From Akkermansia muciniphila (GTDB lineage Bacteria; Verrucomicrobiota; Verrucomicrobiia; Limisphaerales; UBA11320), in contig CAMAVD010000001.1 in the NCBI GenBank assembly GCA_945861575.1, forward strand, positions 3,458 to 67,457: a stretch of DNA of 64,000 bases, in the 5' to 3' direction. Positions 51,501 to 60,432 of the stretch are shown piece after piece. A model generated the notes under the pieces. The model searched no databases and was not told the origin of the DNA. It saw only the letters and a program-made list of their open reading frames with translations. Every line of letters begins with the position of its first letter. Position 1 is the stretch's first letter. Position numbers and translations under genes: made by a program.

Positions 51501-53244
51501 GAAGTCAGGAGCCTGGTCCATCGCTGGACGGGAGAAGCAGCTCGAGTATGGACTGCGGGCCCTAGAGCCCGAGCGAGCAGGGGCGATCCTGGGGCAGATC
51601 CTCGAGAAGCGTCCGCTCGACCGCGAAGGCAGTGGGAACTGGATCGAGCTGATCGGCCAGTCCGGCCGTTCCGGAGATTTGAGCCGACTCTATTCACAGG
51701 CGGTCGCGGGCGGGTTCACCGAAGGGGCCTTAGCCCGATCGCTGGCAGCCTTGGATCAGGCCGCGCGTCTAAGGAAGGTGAGGCCCGACGGTGATCTGAA
51801 CACGCTTGCGGCGTTCTTTGGTCATGCGAATCGACCGGTGCAGACCGCTGCCATCCGGCTCGCAGGAGCCTGGAAACTCCCGACCGAAAAACTGGCAGCC
51901 CTCGGCAGCTTGGCGGGCAATCCGGCGACCGCTGCCGAGCTTCGGTCCGCGGTCTTTGAGACCCTACGGGATGTAGGGGGTGAGGCCGCTGTGAAAGTGT
52001 TGTCGCCTTTGTGCGAAGCCTCTGCGCCTCTGGAGGTGCGACTCCAGGCGATTCCTGTGCTGACGTCTCTGCAGGTCGACACCGGAAGCCAGAAAGCGGT
52101 AGCGACTTTGCTCAGCCTCTCGACAGAGGCGAGTGCGCAGGCGCTGTGGCGGAGCTTGCTTTCGATCAAGGGGAGCGCTGCTTCGATCACCCGACAGCTC
52201 CCGAAGTCAGGTGTCCCTGTTCTGGTGGCCAAGGCAGGTCTTCGCGCTGCCCGGGAGAGCGGTCGTAGCGAGCCCGACCTCGTTCTGGCGCTCACCCGCG
52301 GCGCCGACCTCGCGGAGGGCGAGGCGAGCCTCTCAGATGCTGAGCTGAAGGCCATGGCCGCAGAGGTGAGCGCCAAAGGCGATCCGCAACGGGGGGAGGC
52401 GGTCTATCGCCGAGCCCAGCTCAGCTGTGTTCTCTGCCATAGCATCGGCGGCGCTGGCGGGAAGGTGGGGCCGGATATGACCAGCATTGGTGCCAGCGCA
52501 CCGGTGGACTATCTCATCGAATCGGTCTGGTTCCCGAATCGCAAAGTGAAAGAAGGATTTCATTCGGAGCAAATTGAAACCCGAGATGGGCAGGAGCTGA
52601 GCGGTCTCTTGGTGCGAGAGAACGGAGAGCAGATGGTTTTGCGCGATACGGTGGGCGGCGAATTCAGTGTGGCGAAGAATAATGTCGCTACGCGTCGGAA
52701 TGGGGGATCACTGATGCCGGCGGGCTTGATCGATGGACTCACAGCCCAGGAACGTCTGGACCTCTTCCGCTTCCTTTCGGAGTTGGGCAAGCCTGGCCCT
52801 TTTGATGCCTCCAAGGGCAGCGTGGCACGAGGGTGGAAGCTGCGGCCGGGAACGCATCAGGATGAACAGTTCGGAATCGAGAAGATGGTGGCCACCTCGC
52901 CTCGCGCAGGGGGGTGGATCCCCGCGTGGTCCCTGGTGGACGGGCGTCTGCCGGTGGCGGAAATCCAGCGGGCCGCGAATGTGGAGCGCTACATCGGCCT
53001 AGTTGGGATCTATGCGCTCACTCAGTTGGACGTGGCGAAGGCGGGCTCTGTGCGCTTGCGGGTGGAAGGCGCGGATTCGGCATCGGTCTGGATCGATGGG
53101 AAGGCGGTGGCGGTGGCTCCAGGCGGTGTGGTCGAGGCGACACTGTCCGCGGGCTCCCATCCTTTAGTGGTGCGGATGGATCCCAAGAAGCTGCCAGAGA
53201 ATCTGCGAGTGGGAACGAGCGATGGGACTTTCGTGGTGCCCTGA
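48514..53244 (+). CDS. giant PVC-type secreted protein: SGNH-like domain, dehydrogenase-like propeller, HEAT repeats, c-type heme domain, C-terminal beta-sandwich
   Basis: Start set at ATG 48514 (MHCTRFLAFCLRAARLLVLSGVSA, signal peptide). The SGNH-like block is VVFVGDTLLE. Propeller motifs are NFDARGRLWVASS...VLEDTDGDGRAE...FKDTDGDGKAD. HEAT-like stretches are VRAAAVRVLG and VRLEALRAL. The heme motif CVLCH lies at nt 52426-52440, followed by GGAGGKVGPDMTSIG. Confidence 0.85.
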   Translation: MHCTRFLAFCLRAARLLVLSGVSACLSSSRAVADSFLPADLLRNGDRVVFVGDTLLEREGTQGFIEHRLTAEFPTRTITFRNLAWSADLPTGQSRASFDWSRGEPHWFTNLVGQIAAVRPTVVCLGYGMAASFDGPSGLKPFVDQMGRLMTKISSQTGNGPVRFFILGPIRHEDKGAPMPSPSQHNAHLKLYNDALRALARERGAGFVDLFEELAPASGSPAGWTENGIHLSDQGSRRAAQLIGSYLAPSKESPHDRWTLGMDVSATAPVRQEGIQARDLKWEEGKLLFTAQSLQVGMPADSNTSGSIPLAPPTLTVKGLKSGRYVLRVDGEDVLVRRHSEWEKGVEIAAGPSVRQARELHAAILKKNELFFHRWRPQNSTYLFLFRKGEQGRNASEIPQFDPLIAEQEQRIVSLRQPTRHRFELVPVPRDYVAKVTGAPAVAPSPRPRPLSPQPTPSFDLAPGLVANLYAEDPLLHKPIHMNFDARGRLWVASSSVYPQIKPGQTADDTLVVLEDTDGDGRAETSRVFADGLLIPTGVEPGDGGVYVGQSTELLHFKDTDGDGKADVRRTVLSGFGTEDTHHILHTLHWGMDGQLYMNQSIYIHTHTETPNGVMRLNSGGILSLRPSTLELGIHMKGLVNTWGHQMDLYGQSFATDGAGIEGINYIVPQAMYFTYAGARRILGSVSPGIYPKFCGLEVLQSPLFPKDWQGSMLTCDFRAHRLVRFSIQEKGSAYITQEMPELVRSQDATFRPIDVKLGPDGALYIADWSNPIIQHGEVDFRDPRRDKEHGRIWRITHKDSVPLAVTDLTKASNEVLLGHLVGASGFHQEKARRVLAERGRAVLKPLRAWTARQKDDRARLEALWLHQSLDEVNAPLLESLLASKDGRVRAAAVRVLGFWGHRLPGAGTEGREGRLLKPEQLTASQSAPALSLLSRSIVDEHPRVRLEALRALPRFPGARAAELALSVLDRPLDTHLEYAAWLTINELAEPWLTALKSGAWSIAGREKQLEYGLRALEPERAGAILGQILEKRPLDREGSGNWIELIGQSGRSGDLSRLYSQAVAGGFTEGALARSLAALDQAARLRKVRPDGDLNTLAAFFGHANRPVQTAAIRLAGAWKLPTEKLAALGSLAGNPATAAELRSAVFETLRDVGGEAAVKVLSPLCEASAPLEVRLQAIPVLTSLQVDTGSQKAVATLLSLSTEASAQALWRSLLSIKGSAASITRQLPKSGVPVLVAKAGLRAARESGRSEPDLVLALTRGADLAEGEASLSDAELKAMAAEVSAKGDPQRGEAVYRRAQLSCVLCHSIGGAGGKVGPDMTSIGASAPVDYLIESVWFPNRKVKEGFHSEQIETRDGQELSGLLVRENGEQMVLRDTVGGEFSVAKNNVATRRNGGSLMPAGLIDGLTAQERLDLFRFLSELGKPGPFDASKGSVARGWKLRPGTHQDEQFGIEKMVATSPRAGGWIPAWSLVDGRLPVAEIQRAANVERYIGLVGIYALTQLDVAKAGSVRLRVEGADSASVWIDGKAVAVAPGGVVEATLSAGSHPLVVRMDPKKLPENLRVGTSDGTFVVP

Positions 53245-53280
53245 GCGGTTCCGAATGACATGTGATGTAAGCGACGGTTT

Positions 53281-55533
53281 ATGGCCATGAATCTAAAGCG
53301 TTTCAGTTTTATGTGTAACTGGGTTGGAGCCGACTGGCTGGTGGCAGGTCTCCTGTCGGCAGGCGCTGCGGTCGATCCGATTCTGAGCCCGCAGCAAGAA
53401 CCTTGGAAGCAGACGGAGAAGGACTGGAAGGATGGTCGCTGGAATAAGACCGCGATCGGCTCGTTTCTGGCGAGCACCCTTCCTACACCCCAGGGCATGA
53501 TTGCCAAGGGTCTGTCCATTCGTGTGGGGGACCGGGGGCAGGCGGCGGTGGGATACGACACCGCCACGGCCAACCTTCGTCTTGCATGGACGGGCGGCTT
53601 CCTCGATTTTCCCAGCACACGATTCGGTATCAACGGGGAACCCAAACCGGCGGGGCCTCTGCTGTTCACAGCGCCGAAGTCCAATGCCTGGCAAGGGGCA
53701 GCGGTTCAGTGGGAGGGGCATCATTTGCATGGAAACCGTTTGGTTTTGCGGTATCGGCTTGGGGAAACGTCGGTCCTGGAAACGCCCTGGGCGGAGGAAG
53801 CTGACGGGGTGCTGGCGATCACCCGCACCTTCCAGGTCGGACCGCATTCCGGGACGCTGGAGTTGCCCGTTCAAGAGTTGCTCGGAGGCACCCATGGGGA
53901 AACCGAAACAATCAATGAACGTAGTGTTGCCGTCTTGCAGGCTAAGTCGGGTGCCGCTCTCATGGTCGCAGTCGGAGCCGTTCAGCTTCAGGTTTCTGCG
54001 GCACTGGCCAGTCGCACACTTGTACTTCGCATCCCGGCCAGCTCACGGACCGAGGTCATCCAGATCATTCAATGGGGGGGGGCAGCCGAGAGTCTTAGCC
54101 GCGTTAAGACCTGGGCCGCAAGTCTGGCGAGGGCGGCCTTTCCCGCCAGTCTCCTGACACCTGGGCCTGCCCGTTGGACCGTCCTTACCACGCAAGGGCA
54201 GATCGCAGCCAATTCGCAGGCCTACGTCGTTGATACACTCACCGTGCCTTACGAGAATCCCTGGAAGGCTCTGCTCTTTACCTCGGGGGTAGACTTTCTT
54301 CCGAATGGGGATGCGGCAGTCTGCACCTTGCATGGCGATGTCTGGGTGGTGAGCGGGTTGGACGATCCGAAACTTCAATCACTCCGCTGGAAGCGATTTG
54401 CCACCGGCCTCTTCCAACCCTTGGGTTTGAGAGTGGTGGGAGGTTCGATCCATGTTTTGGGGCGCGATCAGATCACTCGATTAGAGGATATGAACGGCGA
54501 CGGTGAGGCGGACGAGTACCAGTGCTTCAGCAATCTGATTCCCACCTCCACGGGGGCGCACGATTATGTCACGAGTCTGGAGGTGGACGGCTCGGGAAAT
54601 TTCTACTTTATTGATCCGCTGGGGATCCATCGGATTCGCGCGGACGGTCGTGCGATCGAGCTCTTGGCGACCGGTTGGCGGAACCCAAATGGGATGTCGG
54701 TTGGTCCCCAGGGCACCCTGACCGCCACTCCTCAGCAGGGAACCTGGACTCCTTCCAGCCAGATTTCTGAAGTCAAGGTCGGTGGGTATTATGGGTTTGG
54801 GGGACCGAAAGTGACCCCAGAACGCCCACTGGGCTACGAGCCCCCGCTCTGCTGGATCCCGCACAGCGTGGACAACTCCACGGGCAGTCAGGTGTGGTCG
54901 CCCGTGGATGGGTGGGGGCCGCTTGGGGGACAGTTGCTGAGTCTTTCCTTTGGTCGTTGCGCGCTCTATCTGGTCCTGCGTGACTCGGTAAACGGTCAAC
55001 CGCAGGGCGGGGTGGTGCCCCTGAAGACTCGCTTCATCTCGGGGTCCATGCGCGGGACCTTTCGCAAGCAGGACGGCCAGTTATACGTCGTGGGATCCCA
55101 GGGATGGCAGACAGCGGGGCCGCGGGATGGCTGCCTGCAGCGTGTGCGCTACACCGGCTTACCTTTCGACGAGTTGATCGGCCTTCGCTGTCATCGTGAC
55201 GGTCTTCTTCTAACCTTCACACGACCTCTGGATCGATCGGCAGCCGAAGATGTGGGCAGCTATGGGCTCGAACAGTGGAACTACCGTTATTCCTCGAACT
55301 ATGGATCCAAGGATTACTCGGTGAAGGATCCTGAGAAGGAGGGGCATGACGAGGTGGGGATTGCGTCCGCCAAACTGTCTCAAGATGGGCGTTCGGTTTC
55401 TTTGCGTGTGCCTGGGTTGGGTCCGGTCATGCAGATGCGGCTGCGCTACAGCCTGTCGTCGGTGGAGGGGAAGGCGTTCCGAGGTGAGGTGTATCCGACC
55501 ATTCACGCCTTGCGCCCTGAGCCTCTTCCGTAG
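53281..55533 (+). CDS. secreted beta-propeller protein of a PVC-expanded family (no heme motif)
   Basis: 750 aa with a signal-like N-terminus. Conserved-looking central motif ENPWKALLFTSGVDFLPNGDAAVCTLHGDVWVVSGLDD, then propeller-like repeats (GDGEADEY, NPNGMSV). It starts 36 nt after the giant protein on the same strand. Confidence 0.7.
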   Translation: MAMNLKRFSFMCNWVGADWLVAGLLSAGAAVDPILSPQQEPWKQTEKDWKDGRWNKTAIGSFLASTLPTPQGMIAKGLSIRVGDRGQAAVGYDTATANLRLAWTGGFLDFPSTRFGINGEPKPAGPLLFTAPKSNAWQGAAVQWEGHHLHGNRLVLRYRLGETSVLETPWAEEADGVLAITRTFQVGPHSGTLELPVQELLGGTHGETETINERSVAVLQAKSGAALMVAVGAVQLQVSAALASRTLVLRIPASSRTEVIQIIQWGGAAESLSRVKTWAASLARAAFPASLLTPGPARWTVLTTQGQIAANSQAYVVDTLTVPYENPWKALLFTSGVDFLPNGDAAVCTLHGDVWVVSGLDDPKLQSLRWKRFATGLFQPLGLRVVGGSIHVLGRDQITRLEDMNGDGEADEYQCFSNLIPTSTGAHDYVTSLEVDGSGNFYFIDPLGIHRIRADGRAIELLATGWRNPNGMSVGPQGTLTATPQQGTWTPSSQISEVKVGGYYGFGGPKVTPERPLGYEPPLCWIPHSVDNSTGSQVWSPVDGWGPLGGQLLSLSFGRCALYLVLRDSVNGQPQGGVVPLKTRFISGSMRGTFRKQDGQLYVVGSQGWQTAGPRDGCLQRVRYTGLPFDELIGLRCHRDGLLLTFTRPLDRSAAEDVGSYGLEQWNYRYSSNYGSKDYSVKDPEKEGHDEVGIASAKLSQDGRSVSLRVPGLGPVMQMRLRYSLSSVEGKAFRGEVYPTIHALRPEPLP

Positions 55534-55539
55534 CCGCTG

Positions 55540-56898
55540 CTATCCGTAGCGAAGAGCGGAAATAGGACTGAGTCGGGCGGCTTTGATGGCTGGAAAGAGG
55601 CCTGCGACGACACCAACAGCGGTGCTGAAAAGCACGGCGATGAGCATCACTTGACCCTGGAGAATGGGGGTGTTTTGGGTCGGAGAAATTTCAGACAGGA
55701 AGAAGATCAGCCCCTTGGAAGCGGCTAAGCCCATCAGCGCCCCTAGAAAGGAAATCACCACGCTCTCGATCAGAATTTGGAGGAAGATAGAAAGCCCGGT
55801 TGCGCCGATGGCCTTGCAGATGCCGATCTCGCGAATGCGTTCATTGATGCTGGCCAGCATGATGTTCATGATGCCGATCCCTCCTACCAAGAGGCTGAGC
55901 CCGGCAATGATCCCGCCGCTCAGTCGCGCATTCTTGATTCGTTTGTTGATGTCCTCGATTTGATTTTCCTGAGTTCGGAAGTTGAAATCCTCGATGCCGT
56001 GGTGTGTGACCATGAGCACATTTCTGGCCTGCTGGAGAGCGGGGCCCAGGACCTCCATGCTGGCCACCTTGATGTCGATATCAGTGAGCGTTGGATCGGG
56101 CACGTTGTTGGTTCCCGTGGCGGCTCGGAAGCGTACCCACATACTATTCAGCGGCATGTAGATCGTGTTGTTCTTGCGCCAGAAGGCATTCCAGTTCTTT
56201 CGTCCCCAGCCCCGTTGTCGACTCGGCCCGCCGACCTGTTGTTGGGTGGGATCCTTCAGGCCTTCTTCGCGGACCTTGCGGTCCATCTCGCTCTCGTAGT
56301 GCTTGAACATGCCTACGATGGTGAAGGGCTGATCATTGATGCGGATCTCCTCGCCAATCGGCACGATCTCACGCCCCGCCTCTTGGGGCGATCCGAACAG
56401 TTCATCCCGAACGCCCGTTCCGATGACACAGACGCTGTGAGCGTTCTCCTCATCGAGTTCCGTAAAGAAGCGTCCATGCTGGAGTTCGTAGAGATTCATT
56501 TCGAGGACAGCCTTCCAGACGCCCACGACTTCTGAAGGTCGGTAGGTCTTCGCCCCCCGAGCCACGACGACTCGGTCCATACCCATCTCTGGCGAAACCA
56601 CTTTCAGCAACGGAGCGCTTTGCATGAGTGCGTGAACATCCTTCAGCGTGCGTCCGGGTGACATATCGCGCATGTGGTTCTGATGGACCGGAACCTTCTG
56701 CTGCTCGATCAGCACCTTGTCCAAGCCGCCCATGGCGATGAGGGCCTCCTTCATGCCGTTTTCCATGCCTTTCACGATCGCTGCCATGGAAACGAGGCTG
56801 GCCACTCCCAGCACGATTCCGAGCATGGTCAGGATGGATCGGAACTTGTGGGTCCAGATCTCCTTCAGTCCGATGAGAATGGTGTTAAAAAGAATCAT
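55540..56898 (-). CDS. ABC transporter permease, MacB/FtsX type (second of two)
   Basis: N-terminal TM segment, a large periplasmic MacB_PCD-like domain, and a C-terminal FtsX 3-TM bundle with REIGICKAIGATGLSIFLQILIES. Confidence 0.9.
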   Translation of the reverse strand: MILFNTILIGLKEIWTHKFRSILTMLGIVLGVASLVSMAAIVKGMENGMKEALIAMGGLDKVLIEQQKVPVHQNHMRDMSPGRTLKDVHALMQSAPLLKVVSPEMGMDRVVVARGAKTYRPSEVVGVWKAVLEMNLYELQHGRFFTELDEENAHSVCVIGTGVRDELFGSPQEAGREIVPIGEEIRINDQPFTIVGMFKHYESEMDRKVREEGLKDPTQQQVGGPSRQRGWGRKNWNAFWRKNNTIYMPLNSMWVRFRAATGTNNVPDPTLTDIDIKVASMEVLGPALQQARNVLMVTHHGIEDFNFRTQENQIEDINKRIKNARLSGGIIAGLSLLVGGIGIMNIMLASINERIREIGICKAIGATGLSIFLQILIESVVISFLGALMGLAASKGLIFFLSEISPTQNTPILQGQVMLIAVLFSTAVGVVAGLFPAIKAARLSPISALRYG

Positions 56899-56919
56899 GT
56901 CGGATCCGCTGCCGTGGCG

Positions 56920-58308
56920 CTAGTCGTAGCGCAGGGCCTGAATGGGATGGAGTCGTGAGGCTCGGATGGCGGGGTAGAGGCCGGCAAGCATACCGACGCC
57001 CACGCTAAACAAGAAGGCGATAGCCAGTGAGCTAAGAGTGACCACCGGCGTGTTGTCGGTTGGGTTCACGAACGAGATGAGGTGAACCAGGCCATACGAG
57101 GTTCCGATGCCTACGATACCGCCTAGGACCGAGATCACAGTGCTTTCGACCACGATTTGGACGAAGATATCGAGGGTGGACGCTCCGATGGCCTTGCGAA
57201 TTCCAATCTCTCGAACCCGTTCGGAGATACTGGCGAGCATGATATTCATGATGCCGATCCCGCCCACGAGCAGGCAGATTCCCGCGATGACACTGCCGCT
57301 CAGCCGAGCATTCTTGATCACGACAGAAATCTCCTGTGCCCAGTCCTCCTGGGTGCGAAAGCTGAAATCTTCTAAGCCCTTATGGGTCATGAGCAGGATG
57401 TTTCGCACCTGTTGGATCGCCGGCTCAAGCAGGTCGAGGCTGGGGATCTTCATGTTCAAGTTGGAAAGCCGGAGGGGGGCTGACTCCCCTGAGGAGGAAG
57501 TCCCGTTGAGGCCTCGGAACTTGACCATCATGGTATTCAGCGGAATGAAGACCGTGTTGTTTTTCATCCGGAAAATGTAGTGCCCACCCTTTCCACTGCC
57601 CCAGCCCCGGCTCCGTGTCGGCCCTGAGGTTACAGCGACCTGCGGTTGCAGTTTCCGGAGTTCTCGTTCCTTTTTCGCCTGCTCGCTCTCGTAATGGTCC
57701 AGCATTCCAATGATGGTGAAGGGCAGTCCATTGATCTGCAGCGTCTCTCCTAGTGGAATGACTTCGTATCCCAGGGTCTCAGGGGCTCCGAATAGATCAT
57801 CGCGTACCCCGGTTCCTATCACGCAAACGCTTGAGGCATTTTCGTCGTCGAGCGGGCCGAACATGCGACCATGGGCTAAGGTGTGTTCATTGATAGGCAG
57901 AGCATCCGGCCAGGTGCCCGAAACCAGCCAAGGCTCTGAGGATTTGTCCTTGTAGGTCAGGGTCATGGGCTCTCGAAAGCGCATCTGCTCCACCGCTGGG
58001 GTGATCATCTTTACTAAAGGGGCTCCTTTCTGGAGTGCATAGACATCCTCGAGGGTGATGCCCTGGGCCTGATCGCTCAGATGCCGCTGGTGAACGGGAA
58101 GGTCGTATTGGGTTTCGATGCGAATTTTTTCGAGCCCGCCTGCCGCTACCAGAGCCTCTCGGGTCCCATTCTCCATGCCTTTGACCAAGGCGGACATCGC
58201 CACCAGAGAGGACACTCCCAGTATGATCCCGAGCATCGTGAGCAGGGATCGAAACTTGTGAGCCCAAATCTCCTTGAGCCCCGAGGCGATGATGTTGAAG
58301 AGGCTCAT
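56920..58308 (-). CDS. ABC transporter permease, MacB/FtsX type (first of two)
   Basis: Same architecture as 55540-56898 and clearly paralogous (REIGIRKAIGASTLDIFVQIVVES). There is a 4-nt overlap with the upstream ATPase gene. Confidence 0.9.
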   Translation of the reverse strand: MSLFNIIASGLKEIWAHKFRSLLTMLGIILGVSSLVAMSALVKGMENGTREALVAAGGLEKIRIETQYDLPVHQRHLSDQAQGITLEDVYALQKGAPLVKMITPAVEQMRFREPMTLTYKDKSSEPWLVSGTWPDALPINEHTLAHGRMFGPLDDENASSVCVIGTGVRDDLFGAPETLGYEVIPLGETLQINGLPFTIIGMLDHYESEQAKKERELRKLQPQVAVTSGPTRSRGWGSGKGGHYIFRMKNNTVFIPLNTMMVKFRGLNGTSSSGESAPLRLSNLNMKIPSLDLLEPAIQQVRNILLMTHKGLEDFSFRTQEDWAQEISVVIKNARLSGSVIAGICLLVGGIGIMNIMLASISERVREIGIRKAIGASTLDIFVQIVVESTVISVLGGIVGIGTSYGLVHLISFVNPTDNTPVVTLSSLAIAFLFSVGVGMLAGLYPAIRASRLHPIQALRYD

Positions 58309-59030
58309 GGAACGGCAGCAGCCCCAGGGAGCCGATCGAGACCCGCGAGTCGTCTGTCCACTTCGAGGGCTGCCTTCCCATCGCGAATTTCAATCCGACG
58401 GGGGGTCACTGCAGCGATCTCAGGGTCATGCGTGACCAAGATGATGGTGCGGCCTTGGGAGCTGAGGCTTCGAAACAACTCCAGTATCGCTTCGCCGGTG
58501 TGGCTGACCAGGTTCCCAGTAGGCTCATCCGCGAAGACAATCTTCGGATTGTTCACCAGAGCCCGCGCGATGGCCACGCGCTGCTGCTGGCCGCCGGACA
58601 GCTGGTTGGGGCGATGCTTCGCGCGATTATCGAGGTTCACCAGCTTCAACACCTCCATAGACCGCTCCCGGCGTTCCCGACCACCGATTCCTGCGTAGAC
58701 CATGGGAAGCTCCACGTTTTGGAGCACGGTCATTTTGGGCAGGAGGTTGAAGAATTGGAAAACGAAACCGATCTTGCGGTTTCGGATCTGGGCGAGCTCT
58801 CTTGATGACGCATCGTGAATCATCCGATCATCCAGCTTGATCGTCCCATGAGTCGGGGAGTCCAAGCAGCCCAGGATGTGCATCAGGGTCGATTTGCCGC
58901 TTCCCGACGGGCCGATGACCGAAACGAACTCACCGACCCCGATGTCGAGCGAGACATCATCGAGAGCCCGGATGGTTTCGCCACCGAGCGTGTAAATCTT
59001 GCTGACGTTGCGGAGTTCAACAAGAGCCAT
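58305..59030 (-). CDS. ABC transporter ATP-binding protein (MacB/LolD-type ATPase)
   Basis: Walker A GPSGSGKSTL, signature LSGGQQQRVAIARAL, Walker B IVFADEPTGNL, H-loop VTHD. Confidence 0.95.
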   Translation of the reverse strand: MALVELRNVSKIYTLGGETIRALDDVSLDIGVGEFVSVIGPSGSGKSTLMHILGCLDSPTHGTIKLDDRMIHDASSRELAQIRNRKIGFVFQFFNLLPKMTVLQNVELPMVYAGIGGRERRERSMEVLKLVNLDNRAKHRPNQLSGGQQQRVAIARALVNNPKIVFADEPTGNLVSHTGEAILELFRSLSSQGRTIILVTHDPEIAAVTPRRIEIRDGKAALEVDRRLAGLDRLPGAAAVP

Positions 59031-59087
59031 GGCGAATCGATAATTGGGTTTGGGACCTTCTAAACGAGGAGGATCGCCTCGGACTAG

Positions 59088-60335
59088 CTAGGAACCAGAG
59101 GCTGAGTTTTTTCCGCCAACAGAGCCGGAGCGGGGCGCATTCGTCGGGGCAACGCCTGTTGCCGCCGCTTTATTGCGAGTCGCCTTGGAATCAGTCGCTC
59201 CCGCCAGCGCGGCTCCACTCGCGCGCGGCTTGGTGCGCTTCTCTGCCTCATCCTTGGGCTCTTCCAGACTGACCACATCGCCCGCGCTCAGTCCCTTCTG
59301 GATCTCTGCAAAAAAATAGTCAGAGACTCCGATCTGGATTACCCGGCGCTCGTATCCCGTTTCCGATTTCACATACACAAAACGTTCTGTCTGCAGCGTC
59401 TCTGGGTTCTGCTCGGTGAACACCGAGGCAATGGGCACAGCCAGGACATTGTCTGCTGAGGATACCGGGATCTTAATGTTGGCGGTCATGCTGGGGCGGA
59501 TCCTAGGATCCACATTCCTCAACAGGATACGCGCGGCGAAGCCCTTGATGTTGTTCTTGATCGTGGCCTGCGGCGCCATACGCTCCACCACTCCCATCAC
59601 TTTCAACCCCTGGATCGCTTCCACTGCCACATCCACTTCCTGATTCACTCGCAGGCGGGTGATGTCCGCCTGGTTGATATGGGCATTGATGATCAGTTGG
59701 TTCAGATCCGCAATGGTGAGAACCTCCGTGCCGCTGTTGAATCCTGCGGATCCGGACACCGACTGCCCTGCGGACACTGGTCGCGTGAGAACTGTACAAT
59801 CGAAGGGGGCCAGAATGCGGGTTTTGCGAAGCTTGTCCTGCACCAACTCAAGCGCCTTTTCGGCCTTGGACAAGGAGTTCTTGGCCAACTCGTAGTCCGT
59901 CCGCTCCTGCTCGAAGAGTTCCAGGGCTACGAGCTTGTCCTCAAAGAGTTGCTTGCTCCGTAGGTAGTTTCGCTCGGCCTGACCCAGCTGCACCTTCGTG
60001 CGCTCGATTTCTTTCTCCTGGGTCTCCTTCTCAATCTGAAGGTCTCGGTCGTCAAGAGTGAAGAAAACGTCGCCTTTCTTGACGGGATCCCCGATGTCCA
60101 CCAGGAGGGAGGAGATTCTTCCATTGATCTCGGGGCGGACACTGACTTGCTCGGCCGGGGTGATTTCGCCCGCCGCGCTTACGGTAAAGCGGATATCTCT
60201 TGGCTCAACCGTGGCGGTGGTGGGTCTTTCTAGGGCCACCCCAGGCTGGGACGCGGGCACTGGCGCACGCTGGGTGTACATCCAACCGCCCATAGCCAAG
60301 GCGGCCAACAAGACCACGATCGTGACAGATTTCAT
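59088..60335 (-). CDS. efflux periplasmic adaptor (HlyD/MacA membrane-fusion family)
   Basis: N-terminal anchor, lipoyl-like motif GDPVKKGDVFFTLDDRDLQ, a coiled-coil hairpin and beta-barrel motifs. The tail is low-complexity Ala/Ser/Gly-rich. It is the first gene of the 4-gene operon. Confidence 0.9.
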   Translation of the reverse strand: MKSVTIVVLLAALAMGGWMYTQRAPVPASQPGVALERPTTATVEPRDIRFTVSAAGEITPAEQVSVRPEINGRISSLLVDIGDPVKKGDVFFTLDDRDLQIEKETQEKEIERTKVQLGQAERNYLRSKQLFEDKLVALELFEQERTDYELAKNSLSKAEKALELVQDKLRKTRILAPFDCTVLTRPVSAGQSVSGSAGFNSGTEVLTIADLNQLIINAHINQADITRLRVNQEVDVAVEAIQGLKVMGVVERMAPQATIKNNIKGFAARILLRNVDPRIRPSMTANIKIPVSSADNVLAVPIASVFTEQNPETLQTERFVYVKSETGYERRVIQIGVSDYFFAEIQKGLSAGDVVSLEEPKDEAEKRTKPRASGAALAGATDSKATRNKAAATGVAPTNAPRSGSVGGKNSASGS

Positions 60336-60432
60336 TCAAAAAGCGAAAAGGGACCAAGTCGCGACAGACTGACGCAGTGCCCAGGCCCTCGATTCAAATT
60401 GGTTGCTGTATAATGTGAAGGGTGCCCCCCGA

